IMG/VR virus record: IMGVR_UViG_3300026125_000015 | Location: 1-31,551 of that record | DNA from: a virus | Lineage: Duplodnaviria; Caudoviricetes | Direction: 5' to 3' (one strand) | Length of the DNA stretch: 31,551 nt | In this document: piece by piece, positions 16,176 to 26,300 of the stretch | Layout of the letters: every line of letters starts with the position of its first letter | Numbering within the stretch: position 1 is the first letter of the stretch | The notes under the pieces: generated by a model | Told to the model about the DNA's origin: nothing | Seen by the model: only the letters and a program-made list of their open reading frames with translations | The model's database searches: none | Made by a program: the position numbers and the translations under genes

Positions 16176-18115
16176 TAGCTATCTCTCCATCCGCATGATC
16201 CCGAACTTGATCCTGCTTTACCTTTTGGTTCCATTGAGTAACCTCCTTGGAAACCTGTTTCTGTATAATAATTCCATCTCCACGAGATATTATTTTGCGC
16301 ACCGTTAAACATACCCATCATATACTGGTGATCTTGACCCATGTCAAAGTTTTCTTCACCTGAGTTACCAACCGGTTTAACATATGTTCCTGCGGTTTGT
16401 CTTGTGATAAAGTTTGTTCTACGTAAGTTATATCCGCCTGCATAAGACCCTTCATTACCTGCCCAACAGTAATTCAATTTAGACTGGACTGATTTCTGTT
16501 GTGGGTGCGCCGATGGCTGTGTTCCGCTCCATGTAGTTTGTGTTTCTGTTGCAAAGTTAAACAAGCGAGAATTGTTTGACCAATAAAACAGACCTTCGTT
16601 TTCCCAACTCATTCCCCACATATCAGTAGTTGTGCCTGCAACTTGAGCAAACCCTGTAGTAATAGTTTCTGTGAGCATGTTAAATCTATCTAAACTGCTA
16701 CCGCCTGACATCCATGCCATGTAGTGTTCTTTAAATACGCCACCGTCGCGCAAACGTCCGCCGTTCATATTACGACTAAAGTTTCCTTGGTACTGTTGTT
16801 CTGTACGCATGTTATAGCCAATAATGTAGTTAGATGTAATAACGTGTCCGTTACCTGCTCCAAATATAAAGTGTACGTTTTTACTACATGCACCCCACTG
16901 ATAGTTAAATGTGCGTTCTAGCGAGTTGTCACCTAAGTTAATAGCAGAATCTGTTACGTGTGTTATGCGGTTAACATTGTTCCATGCTGAGCTCGATTTA
17001 TATCCACCACACATATAACCATAAGAAATAATTGTTCTTTCTTTAAACGGAAGTGTCATACCTTGCCAGTAACCACTACCTGATTTAAATTCTACCTGTC
17101 CAGTGTCACTGTTAATACGCATTGCACCAAATGCTGATTCGTCTAACGGTGACGTTGTATTGTATTTTACAACAACAATACCTGAGCCACCATTGCCGCC
17201 GAAGTTATTCGAGTTATAGTGAGAGCCGCCACCGCCTCCACCGCCAGTGTTTGCACCTGCGTTACCACCTGGAGTTTGTGCCCAAGTGTTAGTGCCGCCA
17301 CCGCCTCCAGCAGCACCGTCATTGTAACCTTGACCGCCTCTAGTAGTTCCGACAGCGCCACCACCACCACCGCCGTTACCACCGTCGCCACCGCGACCAT
17401 TGTAGCCTGAGGCTCCGCCACCGCCTCCCCAGTATAGAGGTTCTCCTGGGATAATTGCAACTAGTGCTCCTATGCCTCCGTTGCCGCCTTGTGTTCCTGA
17501 TTCACCTGGGCCTCCGGCGCCGCCGCCACCACCTGGGTACCAGTTACCGTCTGATTCTGCCCAAGCGCCGTCATGACCTTGTGCTCCGTATATAGCTCTA
17601 CCTCGGTTGCCGCCGCCGTAGCCTGTTGAGTATGCAGGATAATATGCACTTCCTCTACCACCTGATGCACCACCACCTGATGCACCGTCGCCTGCTGGTG
17701 CGCCTGATCCATCGTGTCTTGATGCGCCGCCTCCACCGCCGTATGCAATAATTGTACCAAAAGATGAGTTTTCACCGTTAAGACCGGCACGTTGTCCTTG
17801 TCCTGCAGGTGCGCCAACACCACCGCCTCCGACTGTTACTGGTATATCAATTCCTGGTGTAACTGGATAAGCAGGGTTGTAAACAACACCACCGCCGCCT
17901 CCACCGCCGCCCATATCAGAGCCACCGCCGCCTCCACCGCCGACAACTAACACTTCAACAGTATCAACATTTGCAGGTGGAGTCCAGGTAGTAGTTCCGA
18001 CATTTGTAAAGTACACAAGCGTTCCTGATGAATCTGCTTTACGTTGTGCAGATGTTCCTACAGGTAACGCTAGATAACCAGTATCGTTAATGGTAGTAGT
18101 CTTTAAAATTGCCAT
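16175..18115 (-). CDS. Anchor + glycine-rich domain + Kelch-like propeller head protein
   Basis: KTTTINDTGYLALPVGTSAQR; VEVLVVGGGGGGG...GGSGIVVVKY glycine-rich domain; GAMRINSDTGQVEF; GYMCGGY...SGEENFDMGQDHQY...KGKAGSSSGSCGWRD. Confidence 0.8.
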   Translation of the reverse strand: MAILKTTTINDTGYLALPVGTSAQRKADSSGTLVYFTNVGTTTWTPPANVDTVEVLVVGGGGGGGSDMGGGGGGGGVVYNPAYPVTPGIDIPVTVGGGGVGAPAGQGQRAGLNGENSSFGTIIAYGGGGGASRHDGSGAPAGDGASGGGASGGRGSAYYPAYSTGYGGGNRGRAIYGAQGHDGAWAESDGNWYPGGGGGAGGPGESGTQGGNGGIGALVAIIPGEPLYWGGGGGASGYNGRGGDGGNGGGGGGAVGTTRGGQGYNDGAAGGGGGTNTWAQTPGGNAGANTGGGGGGGSHYNSNNFGGNGGSGIVVVKYNTTSPLDESAFGAMRINSDTGQVEFKSGSGYWQGMTLPFKERTIISYGYMCGGYKSSSAWNNVNRITHVTDSAINLGDNSLERTFNYQWGACSKNVHFIFGAGNGHVITSNYIIGYNMRTEQQYQGNFSRNMNGGRLRDGGVFKEHYMAWMSGGSSLDRFNMLTETITTGFAQVAGTTTDMWGMSWENEGLFYWSNNSRLFNFATETQTTWSGTQPSAHPQQKSVQSKLNYCWAGNEGSYAGGYNLRRTNFITRQTAGTYVKPVGNSGEENFDMGQDHQYMMGMFNGAQNNISWRWNYYTETGFQGGYSMEPKGKAGSSSGSCGWRDS

Positions 18116-18140
18116 TTATTATTATTCCTGTCTGTTAAGT

Positions 18141-18148
18141 GTATTTAT
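18141..18148 (-). promoter_or_regulatory. Late-promoter-like motif ATAAATAC
   Basis: Intergenic, upstream of the AGGA RBS of 16175..18115. Confidence 0.6.
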
Positions 18149-19014
18149 TAATTGTAAGGTTCGCCGCCGATGCCAAAGCGTTGAGAGCAACACATATAGT
18201 TATGATGTACTTCGTAATCATCTAATGGTCGATCGTAAACAACAAACAGTGCAACATCATGGTGACCTGTATTACTAAATTGGCCTCTATCTGCTCCACG
18301 ACTGTTGATTTTTGGGTAACTAACGTGAGTTTGCATTAACTTACCATTTTCGTAATTTGCAGTATCTTCCTGTCTTAGACGTCCATTTATATAGGTTCTT
18401 ACTCTATTACCGTCATATGTTACCATCGAATGATACCACTCGTTACGTGTTATAGCTCCAGTACTTGACCAAAACCAACTTCTATCAGTTGTTTGCCATG
18501 CCCATTGGAAAGTATCAGTGTCGGTTTTTGCTTCCCATGTACTTTCTTTATTATATAGAATATCTTCTGGGCTATTATCAAATTTACGAAATATGCATTC
18601 AATTGAATTATATTCTAAATCATTACATACATTTTCGCACTGTGCCATTTGATCGCCATTAAATCGCCAGTATGCTTGTTGTGTTGTACTAGATGTATAA
18701 GTAGGGCCGCCAACAAAGTCATAATCTCTATTAGCAACTGGTGCAAGACTTTTCCACCCGAACGCAGTAGATCCGTCCGAACTTGCCGGTACGCTTGCGT
18801 CTAAATGTATATATCTATTACCCCAAGCTCTAGGAAGACCTCTGCCTGTTTCTAGATCGAACCAAAACCCTAAATAGTAACACTCGGTATATCCTAAATC
18901 AGTGTTAAATCTTACCGCACCGTCTGGCGGATTTGTAGGTCTTTGGGCTGTACTACCACTTGGCAATCTAATATGCCCTGTATCTGCAATAACGGTATTT
19001 TTTAACTCTGCCAT
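18148..19014 (-). CDS. Anchor + LamG/concanavalin A-like lectin domain protein
   Basis: KNTVIADTGHIRLPSGSTAQRP...GAVRFNTD; HLDAS, WYHSMVTYDG..VRTYING, VYDRPL..YEV.HNY. Confidence 0.82.
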   Translation of the reverse strand: MAELKNTVIADTGHIRLPSGSTAQRPTNPPDGAVRFNTDLGYTECYYLGFWFDLETGRGLPRAWGNRYIHLDASVPASSDGSTAFGWKSLAPVANRDYDFVGGPTYTSSTTQQAYWRFNGDQMAQCENVCNDLEYNSIECIFRKFDNSPEDILYNKESTWEAKTDTDTFQWAWQTTDRSWFWSSTGAITRNEWYHSMVTYDGNRVRTYINGRLRQEDTANYENGKLMQTHVSYPKINSRGADRGQFSNTGHHDVALFVVYDRPLDDYEVHHNYMCCSQRFGIGGEPYN

Positions 19015-19021
19015 TGATATA

Positions 19022-19972
19022 TTATCCTAGTTTTTGTTTAATGTCATCTAAATCAGTTTTAAGAGATTTAACTGCTTCAATTAAGTAAGCAGTAAGTTTA
19101 GTGTAGTTTACACCTTCTGGTTTTCCAGTGCTGTCCTTTGTAACTAGATTTGGAAGAATTTCATTAACTTCTTCAGCAATTAAGCCTGCTTCGTTTTTAC
19201 TAGATCCATCTTTACGATCATATACTACACCAACAAGATTTACAATGCTATCTAAAGCATTTTCGATTGGAGAAACATTTTCTTTTAATGTAATACTTGA
19301 TGTCTCTGTAATTGTTTGTGCTGTAAATGAGCCACCTACATAAACATTTCCGTTAATACCTACACCGCCTGCAACTCTTAATGCACCAGTAGTAGTCGAC
19401 GAACTGTTAGTAGTTTCGTCAATGAAAACTTGTCCTTTAGTACCTGCACTTGTACTTCTTAGCACAAGACTGTTACCGTTCCCTTCACCGCCTGTTACAA
19501 TTTTAGCAAACAAATTACCAGTATTAGGTTGGTAAGCAAGATTGTTGTTCGATACTTTAATACCTGCAATACTACCGCTTGATGTGTCAACAAATGCAAT
19601 ATACTGATTATTATTAGATGTTGATGTATCGTTAGTTACTGTGATTGTAGGTGTTGACCAAGACATATTACCGGCGCCATCAGTTCTTAATAATTGACCA
19701 CTATTGCCGTAACTGTTCGGTAATGAGAACGTTAAATTTGATCCTAGTGTACCATTACTCTTAATAGCTGTCCAGTTCGAGTTATCAGCGTCACCCATTT
19801 TAATAAGTCCGCCAGTGTTAACTTGAATATTACCGTTAACTAAAACTTGTCCTGCACCGTTAGGATCGAGCAACAGATCCTCGTCTGCAATAAGAGTAGT
19901 GATTGTGTTGTCGATAAGAAGGTTTCTACCTAGTAGCGGATCACCTGTTGTTCCGATTCCAATTCTGCGCAT
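19022..19972 (-). CDS. Tail fibre with C-terminal peptidase S74-type intramolecular chaperone
   Basis: GALRVAGGVGINGNVYVGG fibre repeat; TSSITLKENV (Ser/Lys autocleavage region), GLIAEEV.EILPNLV, GVNYTKLTAYLIEAVK and a terminal coiled coil. Confidence 0.88.
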   Translation of the reverse strand: MRRIGIGTTGDPLLGRNLLIDNTITTLIADEDLLLDPNGAGQVLVNGNIQVNTGGLIKMGDADNSNWTAIKSNGTLGSNLTFSLPNSYGNSGQLLRTDGAGNMSWSTPTITVTNDTSTSNNNQYIAFVDTSSGSIAGIKVSNNNLAYQPNTGNLFAKIVTGGEGNGNSLVLRSTSAGTKGQVFIDETTNSSSTTTGALRVAGGVGINGNVYVGGSFTAQTITETSSITLKENVSPIENALDSIVNLVGVVYDRKDGSSKNEAGLIAEEVNEILPNLVTKDSTGKPEGVNYTKLTAYLIEAVKSLKTDLDDIKQKLG

Positions 19973-19981
19973 GATAACTCC

Positions 19982-20302
19982 TTATATTGTTGAGGTTTCT
20001 AAACCGTATACTACTACTGATACATCCAAACTGTTAGAAAACACAACTAGTTTCTTACCGGCATCCATTACAATGCCGGTTCTTTCTAGTGTACCGTTAG
20101 CAACAAGCGATGTATTATATTCTAAATACTCTGCTGCTGTAGGCGTGTCTGCACTAGCTAGTGCTACTCTAATTGAACGCTGAGTTGTACTTCTGTTACA
20201 CATACTTAGTGTAACAACAGCAAAAGTGTCAGCTGGTACTTCATACACTGTTGTATTTGTATTAGCTGCTAAATCTGCTGCTCCTAATCTTCCGTTAGCC
20301 AT
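19982..20302 (-). CDS. Small virion structural protein (beta-sandwich)
   Basis: 106 aa, TTVYEVPA...CNRS...YLEY...LERTGIV...VVVYGLE. GGAG RBS; sits among fibre genes. Confidence 0.72.
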   Translation of the reverse strand: MANGRLGAADLAANTNTTVYEVPADTFAVVTLSMCNRSTTQRSIRVALASADTPTAAEYLEYNTSLVANGTLERTGIVMDAGKKLVVFSNSLDVSVVVYGLETSTI

Positions 20303-20320
20303 TTTCTTTTCTCTCCAATC

Positions 20321-23300
20321 TTATCTTAAGAAATACTGATATAGTACAGGATAACCAGTTACTGGACCTGTAAAGTTAATATTAGCAGTAATATTTATCG
20401 GAAGTCCCGATGCTGTTGTAATAATGTTTGAACCTATGAATATATCACCAGCTGTAATACTGTTAACGTTTAGTGTGGCACCACCGCCACCAATTTGTGC
20501 TTCAATATACGCTTTAACTGCTCGCTGTGTTGGTACAACACTGTCACTGTTTGCAGTAAAGAACGGGTCGGTACTAAACTCGTTAACACTTGCAGAGTTA
20601 CCACCTAGTGTAACTTCACCTAGTGTAAGTTCTTGTAGACCTGCAATGTTAAATGCTTCAGCGTTTAGCGTTGCAACACCTGTCGACTGTTCAATACTAA
20701 ACAAGTCACCAACTCGGAAGTTACCGTCTTGGTCAGTTGCTGTGAAGAACACGCGACCACCGTCTGCATCAAATGTTTCTTTTGTTTGATCTGGTGCAAT
20801 TAGTGGATCATTTGGATAGTTAGTTGTAACAAACCCTCCGGTACCAATATCTAGGAAATCGTGTCCTGTTAGACGTACTTGTGAGTAACGAATACGCATT
20901 TCTACAGCATCGCCATCTAACGGTGCATCGCCCCTTGTCATTTTTGGAGACACTTGTAAGAAGCCTGTGTAACTACCGTCGTTTGTTCCTAAGAAACTAA
21001 CAACGTTTACAAGTTTGAAGTATTGTCCAGGCAAGCTAGCAAACTCAATGTTTGAACCAGGAACTGGACGTTCTGTCATTCTTCTTACAGCAATAAACGT
21101 ACCGTCTTGGAAGAAGTCTGCTTCACCATTTGATCCAGTTTCGTTAACATCAACACTTGCACTTAGGAATCCTGTACCTCTGTTAACAAACGTTGGAGTT
21201 GCTAGTGACCCGTCACCAACTCGTACAGTAAACACAACGTCCGCTGTGTTGTTCGGATCTGTAATAGTCATTGTTGGAGGATTATTAGCATCATAACCCG
21301 AACCTGGTTCGTTTATTCTGATGTTAAACACTTTTTCGTTTGCAACTGATACACGACCTCTTGCTCTTGCACCTAGTCTTATATCTGCAACTTCACTAGT
21401 AGCACTACTTGCTCCTATAGAAACAAATTTACCAACTCTATCTGGATTACCAAATGCAATTGGTCCTGATCCTGTTCCAGTAAATCCTGCTAAGTTAATA
21501 GTTGACCAATTGATACCGTCTTCTGAGTAAGAAATTAGGCCGCCGGCTGTATCAGATGCTGCTGCAAACACACCTTGTCCATATGCAATTTGTACATAAT
21601 TGCCGAACGGGTTAGGTACTGTCATTGCAGTCCAGTTAATGCCATCTAATGAGTATGCGCCTGCTGTGCCTGTTGCTGCAATTGCAACAAATCGACCATT
21701 ACCCCATGCAATATCTACCCAGTCGTTAGTTGCAGGTAAGTTAGTAGTTGCAAACCATGTAATACCGTCATCTGAGTAAGCAGTTTCGTTTGTACCACTG
21801 CGCAATGCAACCCACTTACCTTTACCAGATGTCATACAGTTGTAACCAGTATTTGGAAGTGCTGCACTTGTTAGTGTCCAGTTTTGACCGCCGTCATCCG
21901 AGTATACTACATCAGTGTCGGCACTGTTAATAAGAACAAATCGGTTAACACCTGCACCTAAGTAGTTAAACGCAATACTCATTGTGCCTGTTGTTGTTAA
22001 CCCTCCTGGAAGTGCATATGTGTTCCAATTAGCACCATCATCTGAGTATGCAACATTTGAATTGTTTGTACCTGCAACTAGTACTCTGCTTGTCTTAAAC
22101 AACGAACTTCCGTCATTTATTAGTCCACTAGCTAGGGTTGTATATGATCCTGCCGGTAGAGTAGTAGTTGCCCAATCTACACCATTTAATGATGTAGCAG
22201 CTACGTTAGTTGCACTTGGTGCAATAAACAAGCCTTTGAGACCTATACCTGTGAAGTCAAAGTCTACAATTTCACCATTATCACCTACTGTTGTAACTGT
22301 AATAGTAATATTGTTTGCAGGTTCCCAGCCGCCAACATCTGTGCCTAGAAGTATAAGTTCATCTAAACGTGCATATCCTGTACCAGCGTTATTAATTGAA
22401 ACATAGTACTTTTCACCGATTCTGTCTACATCAAATGTAGCATCTGCACCAGTGCCGCCTTGCCATATAGTTACACCAGTGTACTGTGCCGACGTTTCAA
22501 AGTACAAAACATCATTATAATCGTTTTGACCTATTACTCCAGTAGTTGTACTTGTAGCTGGTGCTGAGAAACTAACAGCTGGTTCAATCTGGTATGTTGA
22601 TGTTGAGTTAGGAGCAAGTATCGATGTACCTTTAACAAAGTGATCCCACCCTGCGTTACCTTGATCGTCAAGTACTGTTGCAATCTTTGTACCTGCATCG
22701 TATGTATCAATAATACCGTATTGGCCTGCTCCTGCGCCACCTGTAATAACAATTTTCATGCCAGGATACGCCGAACTCAGGTTACCGTCTGTAGCAGCAA
22801 GTGTAATTTGTGTTGTAGTACCTTCTTGTGCAGTGTTTGACACTAATAAATATCCGTCACCGCCGGCATCGTCAACTTCTTGATCGTCGATGATTCTAAC
22901 TTGGAATACTGCTCCATCACGGAACTCGTCACCGATAATTTCTTCATCAACACCTGCACCAAACACACCAAAGTCAACTTCAGTGTAGTTGTTACCTGCA
23001 TGAGTAAATTCAAAGTTTAATAGTGCGCTTTGATCAGTAACTACGTTTCCAACTGTTGCATTGTACTGTGTTCGGTTGTCAACAATTGCTGTTACTGGAG
23101 TTTCATCTGGATCAACACCTTCTGCGACTGAACCAAATGTACCGTAAGAGTTGTTACCGTTTGTAGCACGAGCTCTACCACCTGTTTCACACAAGTAACC
23201 AATGTGTGAGTAGTAAGTAAACACTGATACCATCTCAGCACGACCGTTTTGCGTTAACCATGCGCCAATGCCGTCACTAATAACTTGAGTAAAGTCGTTT

Positions 23301-26300
23301 GACACCATTGAGTCGTTGCCGCCGTTGTGCAATGATCCGTCAATCTTCTGACCAACTGCACCGTATCCAAATGTAGTACAGTTTTGTACATATGGAGAAC
23401 GTGCTGTAATCCACACACGCTCGTCGTCTGGTCCCCAACCTGGATCAAGCGATGCATAAGCACCTGCTGTTGGACGACTTGTGCCGTTTGCCGAAGCAGG
23501 AGTTAAATCACCGTATAGTCCTTCCATAGTTTGTAGACGTAAGCCTGTACCGTTACGTAAGTAGTAGAAATCTTCTTCTTGTGAACCAACTACGCTGTTA
23601 ATGTAGTAACGTGCTGCAAGTTTTGATTTGTAGTTTGCAGGTACTATTAATTTAACACCGTTAGTATATTCTCTACGGTAGTTAGGTGCCCATACCATAT
23701 CCCATTTCATTCCGTCTACAATAGCGTTTAAGTCACGCTCACACAATGCAGTATTATAATTGTAGTTACTTTCTACAGTCATTGTTCCAGTATCGTCTGC
23801 TTGTGTAAGTGCTGCTCCGCCAATAGTTGAACTAATAGTAAATTCTGTTGCACTTAAGATATCTTTTACATAATAAACGGTGTCAGCAGCCAAAGAACCA
23901 ATTGGAGTATCACCTGTAAAGATGATTTCCATGTTCTGGGACAGCCATGCAGTTGAAGTAATTGTAATCGAACTTGTAGTAGAAGTTGTAGCAGTAACTT
24001 CGTCTTTAAAGTACTCGTCTACAAACGCCATAGCTTCTTTTGCAATAAATGTTTTGTTAAGCTCTAACATTCTTACTGCTGCGTAGTTGTCAAAGTCAGC
24101 TACTTGAGTATTACTACCTTCATTACTTCCGCCGAATATAATGTCATTTGTTAATCCAAATGTTGCATCAACTTGTGCTTGAGCACTTGCTTCTGATACT
24201 TGAGCCCTTAATAGCTGTCTTATATATTCGTTTGTTGCTAGTGTAGCAGCTTTTTGATCGCCTGTTACTTTATTGCTTGTTCTTCTTAGATATGCATGTG
24301 CTGCAATATGACTTGCAAAAGTAGTGCCTAGTGCAAAGTCATATTTTGTAGCATCAAGAAGCAATACTATATCTCTAGTACACTTTGCAGTATCGTAGGT
24401 TAGATTTGGGAAGTTAGTGCTAATAAATGCAGGAACATCAATAGCTACAAGTTGCGCTGTTAGAGCATCTATTGTATCAATATCTGCTTGAAGACCTGCG
24501 CTTATACCAGTAAGACTTGGGTATGTAATATTCACTGTGGCGCCATCTACTAGAGTAATAATATCGTCCATTAGATCTGCTACTACTGTTGCACTAGAAG
24601 CATTACCCGAAGTACCGCTAATTTGTGTGCCTGTACCGTAAGTCGGAGTAACAGTTATATCTCTACCAATTGTTTGTACAATTTCTTTTAAGTGAGCATA
24701 CGCTGCTAATGTTGCAACTTTTTGCGGACTATCAGCATTTACATCATCAATACTTCCTTCAAACGCTGCATCGCCTGAGAAGCGAATTCTTGTTATTGAT
24801 TTTTCAGCGATAAATGTGTATGTGTAAGACCCGCTTGCAGTAATTTCAACTGCTGTTGCTAATGAATCTGCACTTCCTACGTTAGTTGCATCAACAGTTA
24901 AAGTACCTGCTGTACGTATTGCATCAAACTCTATAGTGTAACTTTCGCCTGGTGCAGTTACAATAGTCTGACTAATCGATCCTGCTGCGCCAGTAATTTT
25001 TACTCCTGCGCCGCCGGTAATTTCCCATGTTGGATCTTCGTTAGAGTCTAAACTAAATGTCCAATCTGTTGCAGCAGTAAAGTCACCGTTAGTTACAAGA
25101 TTACCACCGTTATTTACTGCTGCTCCTGAGAAGTAAGCACTACCAGCAGTGTGACTTGCCCAGTTGCCGCCGTAAGTTAAGTCGTATGCTAATGCATCAA
25201 TAATATGGCCTACGTCTGCTCTACAACGTGTTCTTGAGTACTTTAATGTTGGATATTGATCTGCAATATAGCCAATAATCTCTTCTTTAATAAAGTCTCT
25301 GTTTGCAATTAATAAGTTTCTGTGATATCCATTTTCAGATGCTGCTAAGTCTTCTGCAAGTGCTAGAGATTTAATAGCATCAAAGTTTTCACCTACTCCC
25401 CAGTCAATTCTAGTACGAATCATTCTTGCTAAACGTTGAGTAGCTTCTGCTTCTTCGTCTTGTGCAACTGGCCATGATGATGTTTGTAGTTCAGTATTTC
25501 CTGCCGTAGGAGTTACACTGACACCTTTAACAATATCGCCAATGATCGATTCTACACGCTCAAGAGCTTTCATACTAAACGGAGTATCTTTCTTAGCAGT
25601 TAGGCTTCCTTCTAACTGATAAGTGTAATCATTTCTACTAATCTTAGACGGAAGAGTTCCAGTTGGTCTTCTTGGAGCAACTGTTACAGAACGTAGTTCG
25701 TCGCCGATTACACATGTTTCTGCAGGAACAATAATCGGTAGTACTTCTTGATACTTACCAGTCGATACTTTAATTAGTACGTTTCTAATAATTCTTCCAG
25801 GAATTGCGCTGTCGTCGCCTGCTGTAATTGTATCTGTAATCGGTTTTACTAAAGACACAATTTCAGCATATACGCCGGCTTCAGAAGTTATTGAACTATC
25901 AAACCATTGATCAATAATTGCAGTTGAATTATCACCGTTAGCTACTTGATAATTAACATCTGGCACTTCTTGATTTAATACGTCTTGAATTACTGTTAAG
26001 CCATAGTTAATAGCTGCAACAGTTTCTTCATCTTGATCTTTTACATAAACCTGTGCTGCATCGTTAGCATACTTTAGTGCTGCTTCACGAGTACGAACGT
26101 TGCCGCCGTGTGTAATATCCCAAATGACTGCATCAATGATAAGACCCATGTCTCTACCACATTTTGCACTATCGTAGTCCATTCCAGTTGAGAACGGAGC
26201 AATGTTTCCAGCAATTTGTGCATCAACAAACTCTACAATTTCACGTTGAATAAACAAGCGGTTATTTTCTAAAAGTCTTCTTGCATTTGGATTCTTAACA

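Noticed and set aside
17167-17823. Alternative-frame minus-strand ORFs in the Gly-rich region (also 836..1075, 22534..22752, 23254..23463, 30688..31164)
   Set aside because: Off-frame products of low-complexity or biased codons inside well-supported genes; no slippery site or independent RBS recognised.
15141-19014. Diversity-generating retroelement acting on the fibre heads
   Set aside because: No reverse transcriptase, and no pair of near-identical ~100-bp repeats differing at adenines was seen. The paralogues are similar only at the protein level. A template elsewhere in the genome cannot be excluded.
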